Numbered from the whole stretch's first letter, positions 24,178-37,254 are shown. The stretch: DNA of 63,530 nucleotides, filler included, from Reticulomyxa filosa (GCA_000512085.1; 20 parts of 20 records of this genome joined end to end with filler, not necessarily neighbours in it), one strand, 5' to 3'. Numbers and translations: made by a program. Notes: generated from the sequence alone by a model not told the origin.

Positions 24178-25731
24178 TATAAATATATTTACATACGTAT
24201 ATATTTTTATGTTTATATTTATACGTATATTCATAAAATACTTATAAATTTTTTATTGTTTGATATATATGACACATGTGCAAGCATACTTGTAAGAAAA
24301 AAGTGTGTTGTGAATATGCTTCTCGAACAGATAGTATGCAACAATGGTCATTTTCCATTGGCTACATAGCAGTGACCCCCCCCCCACCCCTCATCCCAGC
24401 ATGACTCCATTTCACAACTCGTACAGTCCCCCAAAGTCTCTGGAAAAAAAAATCGCCACAAGTAAAAGATTTGATTGGTTGTGTGTATGTATTGCGCACG
24501 CGTCCGAGAATTGGACAATTTGCTTGTTGATATATTGTGTCACCACTAAAGAATTTGTTTTGTCAAAAGAAATCAAAATAGCAACATTAATTGCAAAAGA
24601 TGAAACAATTTTGTCACCCATGTTGGAAGGAATTGCTTGAACGATATAGTGACAAGTGAGAAGAAAGTAAGATCAATGTCGTCGACATGTAGCCACACCA
24701 ACATCTGACAAGTGTGAGACGCGTAGCTTGAGGTGATTGACACTTTTTACTTGGTATTGTTAAAGTAATCACCAAACAGTACTAAACCTGTCCGGTGGGG
24801 TGATTATTATAACTTTCGTCCCAATGCCCTCCATTGTTCTACTGCTCCTTCTCCTTTCACTGGTGGAAAGGATTCAAAACCACCCACCCCCCTCTAATCA
24901 CCAAAAACATATTACTTGGGGCCGCTTCATTAATACCAAACGGAAGTGACATTTTTTTACACATTGCCAAATACAGTCTTTTATTATGTTGCAATAAGTG
25001 TGCGTGTATTTGTTCATTTTTTTTTTTAAAATCTGTTCTCTATCGGTTCTTGGTCCTTTTAAACCAACATAGAAACACGTCCTTAAACTACGACATATGC
25101 ACACAGACGCCTCTTACTTCACGTGAAATCTTTCCAATACAAACTCTAAATCTTGATAAATTGAGTATATACCTGCACTTAAAATTACCAGCGTTTTTCG
25201 TTTTTTTTTGTTGGAAGGAGAAAACCACGTTTGGTGAACATATAACACTTTGTATCGTCAAAGTTTACTTTCAATATTTTAATCAAAAATTACATAAATT
25301 AATAATTGTATCTAAGAAAAAATAATGGATCGAACTGGTGTCCAATTTTTTTGTCTCCTATTTACTCTTTCTTCCTCACTCTCACCTCATAAACCACAGT
25401 GACTGCTTTGTTATGCTATTGGTTTCACTTTTTTCTTTTGGTATTTTCGGTAAAATGTACATTGGCACTCTCTTATTTGCTATTCTTGTCTTTTGATTTT
25501 CATGGAGTACTCAAAATCAACATTTCCACAATAACAACTCCCAGAGTAATACAATATTACCAAAGTGAAGAAAAATAAGATTAATTTTGGTTTCAGATGT
25601 GGAATATATAATCAATCAATCTTAAAGACATAGTAAATGCTACTAAAAATGAAACCGTTAGTGGGTCATGTAGACGGTTAGTTCTAAATCATTTTCTGGC
25701 TTTCCAACAGTTAGTTGTATTGTCCCTTTCA

Positions 25732-26431
25732 ATGAGACGCTTTTTGAACCGACTATCTCATGGATGTATACTCTTTGTTGTTGTATGTATAATATCGCTT
25801 TGTGCATTGCAAACACGTGAAGACTGTGCATTGGAATGCAAACAAGGAAAAGTGCCTTTTTTTAGGAACGCAAAGCACCAATTTGAATCAAACGGGTGTG
25901 GCACAAGTCAATTTGCAGTTCATGTTCCGGATGACTTGAAAGTTTGTTGTGATATTCACGATGCTTGTTACTCAGGTAATGTATTTATGTGTAAATCAAT
26001 GTTTTTGATTTATTAGGAAACAACAACAAAAATGGGGACAAAAAGTGTGTGGCATCCCACGAAATGTATGTGACGAAAAATTTGAGAAATGTCTGAAAAA
26101 AAGATGCGGCAGAGATAACGACTGTAAGAGCACTGCGACAATGTTGTCAATGGGAACGAGCATGTTTGGATGTCAAGCGTTTTTTGATGCTCAAAGTAGT
26201 GCATGTATGTGTATTGACAAGAGTACTTTGAATGACAAACTGTTGTCTGTTTTCAGACACATTTATATTGACTCTGGAAAGTTGGCTTCCAAATCAGAAG
26301 CTGAGCTGCGCTCACTTTTGGAAAAATGGAAAGGAAGAGAAGCCCAACTTTTGCTTACCCTTTTAGAAAAATACCCAAAACAATTGATTAACGTGATAAG
26401 AGACACTTCCATTCCCCGAAATGAATTGTGA
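25732..26431 (+). CDS. Group XII-like secretory phospholipase A2 (2 exons; intron 25976-26045)
   Basis: Signal peptide; NGCG Ca-loop; CCDIHDACY His-Asp dyad; CG...CDEKFEKCL...C; GC..F..AQ..AC.C. Confidence 0.88.
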
Positions 26432-27492
26432 TGGACCCGTTTCTATTTCTTTTGTCTTTAGTTATCAACTGACTTTAAGACAATTTTTTACCAGCACAAT
26501 TCATTCAAAGCATTTTAATTTCATGCCGAAAACTTCACACTTAATCTTTTACAAATTCAAAAATTCTGTTAAGATTTTGGATGTTTCGAAAAGGGGTTAA
26601 TTTTCCCCCCCAAAAAAAAACACTTCATAGTAAAAACCGAAATTTCGTGGATAAATCAAATTAAACATTTTCTTTTTTTTCAAACAACCAAATTTGTAAC
26701 CCCCCAACCAAATTTCGGACCATTAACATTTCCAATTTTTTCAAAGCAAATTCAAGGGAGACGAAGCGCTATATCCGAAAAGGAAAATTATTGTAACCAC
26801 CCCAATTGACAACGACTTTTTTTTTTAAAGGAATAATCAGTGCCAATTGCCAATCAGGGCCAGTTTTCAGTATTTCGGTGGTGGTTGTTGTGTTGGCAAT
26901 AATCCAAATCTCTTCTTTAATTCGTATCGCTGTTTTGAAAACTGGTCGAAAGGATTACAACGAGCTGTGCAAATGTTTTTGTGTAATTTAACCAAAGTAA
27001 ACTACATAATGGAAAAACTTTTTTTTTTCTCTACTTGCCTGGATGGGCAGACAGTGTTGCTTTGTCTTCAGGATCCTTGCTCTGTTGTGTTGATTTACTT
27101 TCGTCTTTTTCACGTCAAGTGCAACTAAAAGAACACAGAACGTACCTTCAAAGTATAAACACGATTTCCTTCTTCATCAAGGTAATATTTTAACATGTGA
27201 TGGGAAGTCATTTTTGTTTGTTTGCTTCAAGAAATTGAAGATTGACCACCTGAACCTGGGCTGATTCTTCAAACTTGTTTACGCACGTCCCCCCCTCCTG
27301 TTGGAAAACGTGGATTACTTTGTCTAGGCAATTTTTACTTTTTTTTCTGATGAGAAATAGGACAGATGGATAAATTTGCAACATTACCTAATTTAATATC
27401 CCTTCAAACCTTTTTTTTTTTTTTTTTTGACGGGGACCAAAGGACGAAGTAGGAAAAAAACATAATTGATTTGGCAATCAAATCGAAAAGAA

Positions 27493-27977
27493 ATGAGTGC
27501 AACAACAAATAAAGATGAGGCCTTACGGTGCATTGATATGGCCAAAAAAAAGTGGTCAGAGGGGAATTTGAGTGGAGCAATAAAACTGTTGCAAAAGTCG
27601 ATTCAAATGTATGATACTCCAGAAGCGCAGAATCTGTTGAAGAAAGTACAAGAAGAAGAGTCTCCATCAAAGGAAAGCGAGGAAAGAAATGGAGAGGAAA
27701 GAAAGGAGACAAAAGCAGCAGATCGCGAAGAGAAGGTAAGCAGCAATGAGTCGAATAACGACGAAACGCCGAAAAGTGCATCGTCATCATTCACAAAGAA
27801 GCAGTCCTCAAGGCGACTAACAAAAGAAGAAGAAGTGGCTTTGGTGAGGAAGGTGTTACGAACAAAGGATTATTATGAATTATTAGGGGTTTCAAAAAAC
27901 GCTACCAGTGAAGAAATGAAGAAAGCATATAAAGCAATTGCTTTAAAACTGCATCCAGACAGAAATAAATCTCCAGG
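27493..27977 (+). CDS. DnaJ co-chaperone, DNAJB12/14-like, 3'-partial
   Basis: N-terminal NKDEALRCI; J-domain DYYELLGV...[17 protein letters not shown]. Confidence 0.88.
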
Positions 27978-28089
27978 TGTTTTTTTTTTNNNNNNNNNNN
28001 NNNNNNNNNNNNNNNNNNNNNNNNNNNNNNNNNTTAATTAATTAANNNNNNNNNNNNNNNNNNNNNNNNNNNNNNNNNNNNNNNNNNNN

Positions 28090-28531
28090 TTCTTCTTCTT
28101 CTTCTTCTTCATTAATTCCTATCTCTGCCTCTGCGTCCTCTCGCTCCTCTCTTTCGTGTTCTCGTTCTGTTCTGTGTTTTACACTTTTGGCAGTCTGTCG
28201 GCTGATTTTAATTCGACGAACATGTTGTTTGAAAACTTGGCGAGCAGGCTCTTTGGCCTTCGAATACTTGTTGTGTCGTTCGATTGCAATGGCGGTTCCC
28301 CTTTCATCGTTCGATCGTGCCTCATGGGGCGTTGCAGACTTTGTTGTGTGTGCTGGGCGTTTGCGCTTCGCCGCCTCGTGTCTGCCATTCATCTGGTCGT
28401 GCTTGCTGTTTCCGACTATTGGAGAACCCCAAGTGGCAGCTTCATTGTTATTCGCATCATTGTTGTTATCGTCATTATTAGTATTATTGTTATTATTATC
28501 ATTGACATCATTGTTATTGCCATCATTATTA

Positions 28532-28572
<41 letters not shown>

Positions 28573-29359
28573 GGCATTGTTGTCGGCTGCTTTGTTATTG
28601 TTGTTGCTAAGTGGGGATTGTGGCATGGATTTGCTTGCACTAGACATACGCGATTGCAAGTATTCTTCAATAACCTTTGGTGGCGAGTACAACAATTTGT
28701 CATTGGTGATGGTTTGATAACTGCGATAGTTGACTGACAGCGCACTTGGACTGGCTGCGTCAGGGGAGTTGCCATCATCACTGGAGTCTCCTGGGTACGA
28801 TCATTACAACACCACAAGTATGAATTAATACACACATATATATAAAATATGTATATTTTAAAGTTCTCGTGGACAATGATGTTGAGAAAAAAAAAAGAGA
28901 GGGTCTTTATACAAATCCACTCATTTGCATGTTTACGTTTGTTAGGGTTGTCGGCGTTGGTTTGCGATTGATTCGGCCATTTTTTGAAAGAAAAGTATTC
29001 CAAGCCAAGTAGGAGCTTCATATGTGACAAGTGTCCCAAGCAATACAAATACGCATCTCTGGATTCATCTCTTGCGTCTCCTGCACCCATTCCTGTCCCT
29101 GCTCCTGTTCCTGTTCCTGTCCCTGTCCCTATCCCTGCACCTGCACCTGCACTCGTGCCCGTAGCACCTCCATTAGCACTATGCTTTTTTTCGTGGTCAT
29201 GATTTCGAGGCTCAGGTTTGTTTCGACTGACAGACTCACTGCCCTTGCTTCCTCGCACGCCGTGGATATTCACATCTAGACTTCCGGCAGACATATCTTC
29301 ATTGTGAAGATTGCGATTCACATTGGGTGTCATTATCATTGTCGTCGTCGTCGTCGTCG
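28090..29359 (-). CDS. Low-complexity (poly-Asn, GT/GA-repeat) protein fragment, internal exons
   Basis: Two hydrophilic minus-strand exons separated by intron-like sequence at ~28795-29000; no recognisable domain. Confidence 0.5.
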
Positions 29360-29459
29360 NNNNNNNNNNNNNNNNNNNNNNNNNNNNNNNNNNNNNNNNN
29401 NNNTTAATTAATTAANNNNNNNNNNNNNNNNNNNNNNNNNNNNNNNNNNNNNNNNNNNN

Positions 29460-29767
29460 TTATTATTATTATTATTATTATCATTATTATTATTATTGTT
29501 ATCGCTATTGCTTTGTCTTCTTTCTCTTTGGTGTCGTTCTCGTAGAACCCCTCCTGCTCGTGTTGCTATTCCACCTCTGCTATTCAGTCCTCGCTCGCGT
29601 GCAGGCTCGCTTTGTACTATTGCCTCGTTGTCAAACCACAATGCCAATGCCAAGTCAGTGTCCCAATTACTTTGAGTCAAAAACTGAGAGGCAATTTCGT
29701 CGCTGTCCACATTCGTCAACTGTTTAAATTGCACTAGCTTCGTTGCACGCAAGGATTCCTCTGTCAT
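29460..29767 (-). CDS. N-terminal UBA-like domain protein (UBX/DCN1/TDP2-type UBA), 3'-partial
   Basis: LVQFKQLTNVDSDEIASQFLTQSNWDTDLALALWFD. May be the same gene as 28090-29359. Confidence 0.7.
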
Positions 29768-30300
29768 CTTTGACACGTGAGACAACTCCAAAGGCACAAA
29801 TTATATTCAACCAAAAAAAAAAAAGAGAGAGGGGAGAAAGATGGATATGAACAGTATATTCTTTCTTTTTTTTTCTTTTGAACCAAAGTTTTAAATTGTA
29901 TCTTAAGTCCCCCTTTAAAAAGATACAGTAATCCAATGCAACGTTTTTAGAGGAAAATTCTTCTGTTGTTTTTATTAATATGTGTAAAGCACTTTCAAGT
30001 TTTACTTTAACACTATGCAAAATAGAAACCAGGATTGTGCAGTTTTTTTTGCAATCTACTGCACTCAAAAGTGATTTTATTAAACAAATACATGACATTT
30101 ATGCCTGCAGACATTACATTAGTTTTTGTTATGATCTGCGCTTGCAAAGGGGGTAATCCGATGAAACGTATTTACAAATTGCATTTTGCATAATCTTTTA
30201 AAGAAAAAAAGACAAGCATGTCGGAGTATTTACGCAGAATGAAGTTAAAGTAATGTTTTCCTCATTAAATTTGGTTGAGTGATCTTTGTGTCACTGTATG

Positions 30301-31155
30301 TTATGCCCAAACGCGAACAGTTTTATCAGAAGCAGATGACACAATGATTTTACCATTTGGTGAAATATCCACCCCTGTAACCCAATCCAAGTGTCCTTCC
30401 AGTTTGTACATTTCCAGTTTTGAGTTCAAATTCCACAATCGAACAGTTTTATCTTTTGAGCCGGATACAGCAGTTTGGCAATCAGCCGAAAATTGCAAAT
30501 CAGCAATTGGCCTTGAATGTGCAGCAAATTTTTGTATTTCTCTCCCTGAAGAGCAATCCCATAATCGAATTGTTTTATCATTTGAACAAGATATGATGGA
30601 ATGACCATCCAGAGAAAACTGTGCCCTTATCACACAAGCGCTATGTTGTACAAGTCGAAGCACTTTTTGATAAGACGGCAAATGCCATACAATAATGGAA
30701 TTGTCATCAGAGGCCGATATAAGTCTTTGTCCATCTGGTGAAAATTGTACATCATTTACGCCTTTCAAATGGCCACTTAATCTTATAATCTCCCCTGTCT
30801 TCATATTCCACAAGCAAATAGTTTTGTCCCACGATCCCGATGCAACCATCTGACAATCTGGTGAAAATTGGCAACTGTCACATTGTCATTATGTCTCGTC
30901 AGTATTTTCAGATTTTTTCCCAGAGATGACATCCCACACTCGAACTGTTCGATCCTGAGAACACGAAACAACCATTGTGCCATCACTTGAAAAACGGGCT
31001 TGATTGACCCACCAAGAATGTCCTTCCAAAATATGCATTATCTTCCCTGATGCAATGTCCCATATTGCAATGAATAGATCATTTGAAGATGAAACAATTT
31101 TGGTACCATCGGGAGAAAATTTCACACATGTTACACTAGATTGATGCCATTCCAA
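30301..31155 (-). pseudogene. WD40-repeat gene interrupted by frameshifts near 30850-30920 (pseudogene or sequencing error)
   Basis: Two WD40 ORFs in different frames with no intron-sized gap between them. Confidence 0.7.
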
Positions 31156-31908
31156 TATTTTGATTTGCTTGAAATATTTGTTCTTTTATTTTTTTATTTT
31201 TTTATTTTTTTTTTTTTTTTTTTTTTTTTTTTNNNNNNNNNNNNNNNNNNNNNNNNNNNNNNNNNNNNNNNNNNNNTTAATTAATTAANNNNNNNNNNNN
31301 NNNNNNNNNNNNNNNNNNNNNNNNNNNNNNNNAGACTCTTTGAACACTTTCATGGGCAAGTACAATTTGTTGACAAGTCTTCCTCCAAAACATTGCTCGT
31401 AATATCTTAATGCTCTTACACGCTCCAAATCGTCCAGTGTGCATCTGCATCCCTTTAAAACCTTTAAACGTCAACTTTTTCTTTAAAAAAGTTTGTATGT
31501 GTGTATACGTAGTGTATTTTTTTTTTGGAGCAATACTTTTTTTTTTTGTAGTCTTACTCTCGAGTCTTTCCTCTTGCTTTTGTATTGTCACAAATAGCAC
31601 TATCCAATATATTTTAACGAATGTAATAAATATATTTTCTTGCGTTCCTTCATTTAAAAAAAAAGAAATTTGCTTCTCTCCTAAATGTTTCTGGAGAAGT
31701 ATTCAAAATTACATTTTGCTATCCATTCTGAAAGGTTTGAATTAAATACTGAAAAAAAAAAGAGTTTGTAAAGTTGGTTTGTTATTTGTTGTTCAAACCT
31801 AGAGAAACTGCCAAAAAAGATTATAGATAAAATAAATTTAAAAAATGTAACCACCCCTTCACTTTTGAGCATCTTTTTTGTTTAAATCAAAAGAAATATC
31901 TATTGTAT

Positions 31909-33019
31909 TCATCTCCAAATTCGAATGATGCCTTTGCAAGTACCATAACATAAATGAACACCGCAATTATTACTTTCATTTTCATTGTAATTTCTTTTAT
32001 TTTTAAATTTTATAAATTTAACGCATAGTATTCCATTATTTTGATCATTATTTTCTTTCATTACATGCAATTCTTTCTTACTTGATCGAATATCCCAAAA
32101 GCGGAGTGTATTATCCCATGATCCAGAACATATCACATTTGAAATTTCATTAGCTTCAATATTATCTACTACAAACGGTGAATACTCGACAACATTTAAA
32201 TGAGTGTTATGTCCATTAAACACTTGAATTTGTCGGCTAGATCGAATATCCCATAAACGAACACTATTGTCCCATGATCCAGATAATATCGTGTTTGAAG
32301 TACCACTATTCCCTGATCCATTTGGTCCATATTTTACACTGATTACTGTATTGTCATGTCCTTTAAATTCAATTGATTGTTTAGTTTTTTCGATATCCCA
32401 TATACGAATTGTGTTATCATCTGATCCAGAGCAAATAGTATATCCATTACCACCAATCACACCAATGCTATTACTTTCACTATCATTTTTATTATGTTTA
32501 GCGCTATGTAATGGTGAAATAGCAACACAGCGAACACATCCTTCATGTCTATTGAAAATGCATAATAAATTAGATGTGTCAATATCCCATAAACGAATAG
32601 TTTTATCATATGAACCAGAGCACAAATATCGACCACCGCTAAATGTTGATAATTCAATTGTACGAATACGATGTGTATTTTCATAAAATATTTTCAATTG
32701 TCTGTTATCTTTAATATCCCAAAAACGAATTGTTTTGTCATTTGAAGAAGAACAAATGACGTTACGATTATGATAATTACGATGATATAACGAAAATTTC
32801 GCACAATACACATAAGTTAAATGTCCATTGAATACTCGAATTTGTTTGCCTGACTCAATATCCCATAAACGAACTGTCTTGTCATCTGATCCTGAACAAA
32901 TAAATTGACCATTAAAGTTTGAAAAATCTATGTCATTGACACAATCTTCGTGTCCATTCAATATCATGAGTAATTTAGATGACGTACGGAACATATCGAG
33001 CATGAAGACAGTTGCTGCC
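31909..33019 (-). CDS. WD40-repeat protein of the lineage-expanded type, 5'-partial
   Basis: GH..V....S...ICSGS.D.T.R.WD repeats with insert SNSIGVIGGNGYTICSGS; acceptor TATACAG precedes the exon. Confidence 0.92.
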
Positions 33020-33288
33020 TGTATAAATAATGATATGAATAATAACATCAAATAATTATTTATTANNNNNNNNNNNNNNNNNNNNNNNNNNNNNNNNNNN
33101 NNNNNNNNNTTAATTAATTAANNNNNNNNNNNNNNNNNNNNNNNNNNNNNNNNNNNNNNNNNNNNTGTTGATACGTATATGTGTACGTATATGTGTACTT
33201 ACATGTGTACGTATATGTATACGTATAACGCACACATCACACGCCAACAAAAAAAAAAAGGATTATGGAAAATACGTAAAGCACACAC

Positions 33289-33852
33289 TTATCTATTACC
33301 ACTGCACACGGTAGCACACGAAAGAAACATCAGAAATCCAAATATTGCTGGCAAAGACATGATTGTGATCATGAACAACGAAATCGAGGGACAGTTGGTA
33401 CAACAAAAATGGGGACCTTTTGCATCTACTACGAGATGGTGATGAGGTTTTTCAGTGACATTCGTGATCTTACTTTTGTTAGTACTGGTATCACATGATA
33501 GGATATAGTCCACTGTACAGTTTTCCGTGCCCTTACAGTTGGGATGGACCGATCGCAACTTCCAGCCACTAGTCGTGGAAATAATGTCCAGCCACATATC
33601 ATACGACACCGCTTTTGTCTCATTCCAAGTGGCGAACACTTCATAATTGAAAGTAGTGTAATTGTAATTTAACAACGATCCACAATCCTCTATGCACAAA
33701 TCCCTGCACGGCTTCCAGGTTACCGAATTGTATCTCATAACGGGAACACCTGTCATGTCCAAATTATTACCGTCGGCATCAAGCGAACAGTTTTGACAAA
33801 AAATAGCTTTTATGAGCAATAATATTACCCAAATACAACCAAATTTTGCCAT
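33289..33852 (-). CDS. Type I membrane glycoprotein, Cys-rich luminal domain (possibly MRH/ATG27-like)
   Basis: Signal peptide, several Cys, N-x-S/T sequons and a C-terminal TM helix. The MRH assignment rests only on the Cys pattern. Confidence 0.55.
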   Translation of the reverse strand: MAKFGCIWVILLLIKAIFCQNCSLDADGNNLDMTGVPVMRYNSVTWKPCRDLCIEDCGSLLNYNYTTFNYEVFATWNETKAVSYDMWLDIISTTSGWKLRSVHPNCKGTENCTVDYILSCDTSTNKSKITNVTEKPHHHLVVDAKGPHFCCTNCPSISLFMITIMSLPAIFGFLMFLSCATVCSGNR

Positions 33853-35292
33853 TTTGGCAATTAAAGGTTTTTTTGTTGCTTGTTACTGACTTTTTGAAAG
33901 GAAACTTTTTTAAAAAAGGAAAACAACAAACCGATTGTCTTCTCTGAAATTATGTTGTACTCGTTGTGCCTCTGAACTTCACTTAAATAATCATAAAAAT
34001 AAAAGAAAAATAATAAAACGTTAATTTACTACATCTCTTTATCACTTTGGCATAACCTTCGTCACTGCCATTTATAATAATTGAGAAACTAAACTCAAAC
34101 TATGAAGTAAAGTTTACATATTAAATAAAAAAAACAACAAATGATTTTACTTGTATGAAGAGTCATTTAAAAATTTCCCTCACTCTCTTTCAAATCTTCC
34201 ACAGTCAAATGACCATGCCCTCGTCAGTAATATTTGATTTTTTTTATAATGATTAATATTATCTATGTAAAAAGAAATGACACAGCAAATTTTACATTGA
34301 AAAATTCGCTTGTATTAATAATAAATTATATTCTCAAATATACAAATAGAGTTAAAAAAAACAAAAATAAATTACAACAAAGTAAATTTCATGTTAGGAA
34401 TGTTATACTTCAAACGAAAATCTTTCAAGTTTGATTATTTTAATTTTTTTTAATCTTTTTCTTTTTATCATAAAGTGTCAATTTTTTGACTTGTGATTTA
34501 TTTTTTTACAAAATCTATCATTGCTCAATCACTTTGGCAGTAATAAATAAATAAAACATTACTCGAAAATAAATCATTAAAAAAAATTTTTCAAAGTGAA
34601 TATTTAGGCTATTATTATCACTTCAGAAAATAAAAAAGAAAAGCCTGTAGGGCAAGTCCATATTATAAGTATCTGAACGTCAAGGGAACGGAGGAATCTC
34701 CAGTAGGTTAAACTTTCTCAACAAACTACTTCTTCTTTCTTACTTTTCTTTACTTTTCTTTTGTTATCTTGTTTTATTATTTAAATTTCTTTCGTTACGA
34801 AACCCTTATTCCTTCTTAGTAAACATCCCTCGTATTACAGTTAGTGTACCAACACTATCAGCAGACGTCCCACAAGCCAATATTAAAAAAATAAAATGTA
34901 CGAAAGCAGTCAAATAACAAAATAACAAAACTAAAATCATATTTAAAAACTAAACGATTCGTAGATATTTAAAAAAATAGATCTGAATGTTGTTTATGAA
35001 GAAAATCAATAATCTCTATAAGGTACCGTTTTAGATATCAACTTACTTGGTTTTTGTGCAGTAAAATGCAAAGAAAGTACTAAATAGGACGAAAAGTTTT
35101 TAATTCTTTGCGAAATAGATGGCAAGTATATGTTGCTGTAATAAATTTAGCACAATATAAAGCGAAAGAATTGAGTTGATAAAGGCAAAAGCCAACTTTG
35201 TGTAAAAGTATTCAATTTAGCTGCTGAAAAGGGAAGCCGCGTGGATTAGTAAAACTGTGCGCCATCTTTTCTAAACTTAGCATTTAAAAAGC

Positions 35293-36815
35293 ATGTATCA
35301 TCGCATAATTTCCAAAGTTTCACGTGTTCCACGAACATCAGGACTTAAGCCTCAATGGAGTCAAAGATCGTTCACAAAGACATTACGAGAGCGCATGAAA
35401 GAGGTAGTGCCGAAAGAGCAGGAGCGAGTGAAGGCATTGCTGAGCAAGCACGGAGATAAAGTGTTGTCACAAGTGACAGTGAAACAAGCAGTCTCCGGGA
35501 TGCGTAGTGTGAAAGCCTTAATATGTGAAACAAGTGCTTTGGACGAGCACGAAGGAATACGTTTCCGAGGATTATCCGTGCCCGAAGTCCAAGCGAAGTT
35601 GCCGAAGCCAAGTGTGCGAGGTTTGAAAGGTGAATACGTCTTAATAGAAGGTTTATTGTGGCTCCTCATGACAGGTATTTTTTTTTTTTTTTTTGTAAAC
35701 TTATATAAAATGTTAATACGCAAGTGCGCAACAAATTTATTATTATTTTTTAAATTACAAAACTAAACAAAAAAAAATAAGGAGAAATCCCAACAGCAGA
35801 TGAAGCAAAACAATTGTCAGAAGAATTGGCAAGTGAACCACGTTGCTGTGTTCCAAAACACGTCCGACAATTGATCGATGATTTGCCCGTCCATCAACAC
35901 CCAATGTCTCAATTTTCGGCGAGCGTATTGGCATTGCAAAGCGAGTCGAAATTTGCGAGAGCGTACGAGGAAGGAGTAAACAAGTCTCAGTATTGGGAGT
36001 ATGCACTGGAGGATGCATTGACACTGATTGCACGAATTCCAGGAGTGTCAAGCCGAATTTATCGCCATTGCTTTCGCGACGGGATGATGATCAAACACGA
36101 TCCCTCGTTGGATTGGAGCGCCAATTGGTGTCACATGAGTGGATATGATGGTGTCGAGATCTATGATTTGATGCGAATGTACTTTGCCATTCATAGCGAC
36201 CATGAAGGTGGCAATGTGTCTGCCCACGCCTGTCATTTGGTCGGAAGTGCCTTGTCTGATCCTTATTTATCTTTTGCTGCTGGATTATGTGGCTTGGCTG
36301 GACCTTTGCATGGCTTAGCCAATCAAGAGAGCTTGCGATTCATCAAAAAAATTCAACGCAAATTGGGAGACAGAAAACCTGACAAAGAATTCATTCAAGA
36401 CTTTGTCGTCGATTTGTTGTCGTCGGGACAAGTTGTGCCAGGATTTGGACATGCGGTTTTGCGTAAAACGGATCCTCGCTATATGATTCAAAGAGAATTT
36501 GCTTTGAAGTATTTGCCAGATGATGAAACCTTTAAAGTTGTCAGTTTATTGTACGAGGTTGTGCCTGATGTTTTGAAGAATTGGAAAGGAGGAAAGGTTG
36601 CCAATCCTTGGCCCAATTTGGATGCTCATAGTGGATGCTTGTTGCAACACTATGGATTGGTGGAGGACCACTTTTATACTGTCTTGTTTGGTATGGGTAG
36701 AGCCTTGGGAGTTATGTCCCAATATGTCGTCAGTCGTGCTTTGGGATTTCCTATTGAAAGACCAAAAAGTGTCACCACACAAGCTATTGAAAAACAATTT
36801 GATGCAAAACCTTAA
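35293..36815 (+). CDS. CS: Citrate synthase, mitochondrial type (intron 35675-35781)
   Basis: GIRFRG, HSDHEGGNVSAH, LAGPLHGLANQE, VPGFGHAVLRKTDPRY, NPWPNLDAHSG, IERPKS; presequence-like N-terminus. Confidence 0.97.
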
Positions 36816-37254
36816 GACAACATAATAAAAAGTGAGAAAACATCAGCTTTTATGGTTTGTGGGTGTGTGTAGTTTGTTGTTTTTTTGTTTCTTTATCAAA
36901 AACCAATGAAAATTCCATTTACAACTGGTTGAATCCAACAACTTTTTTTTAGTTTTTGTGAGACTTATGAGCATTCTCTCACAATTTCGAAACATTGTTT
37001 GTACAATTCCCTTCAATTTTTATAAAAATAAGAAAAAAAGGGCTTATCATGGTAATAAATGTGATGCAATCGAACCATTTTTTAAAACAATATATACCGT
37101 GTTTGTTTTCATCAGTAAAAGAAAACAACCCGTCTCTCAGCCACCGTTTAAAAAACTGAGTAAAGCCTAAAAAAAACTAGTTTCAACGAAATCCCTTTTT
37201 GTGCCCCTGTACAGTATAACTTTGTAGATCTTGACTTGCAATCAAAGTAAAGTC

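Noticed and set aside
28156-28737. Hydrophobic poly-Ile/Leu ORFs (also 19107-19447, 41829-42387, 56821-57564)
   Set aside because: Antisense shadows of (AAT)n or (GAT)n coding repeats.
33172-33226. 12-bp TACGTATATGTG repeat read as MCTY repeats
   Set aside because: Intron/UTR-type alternating purine-pyrimidine simple repeat, common throughout the window.
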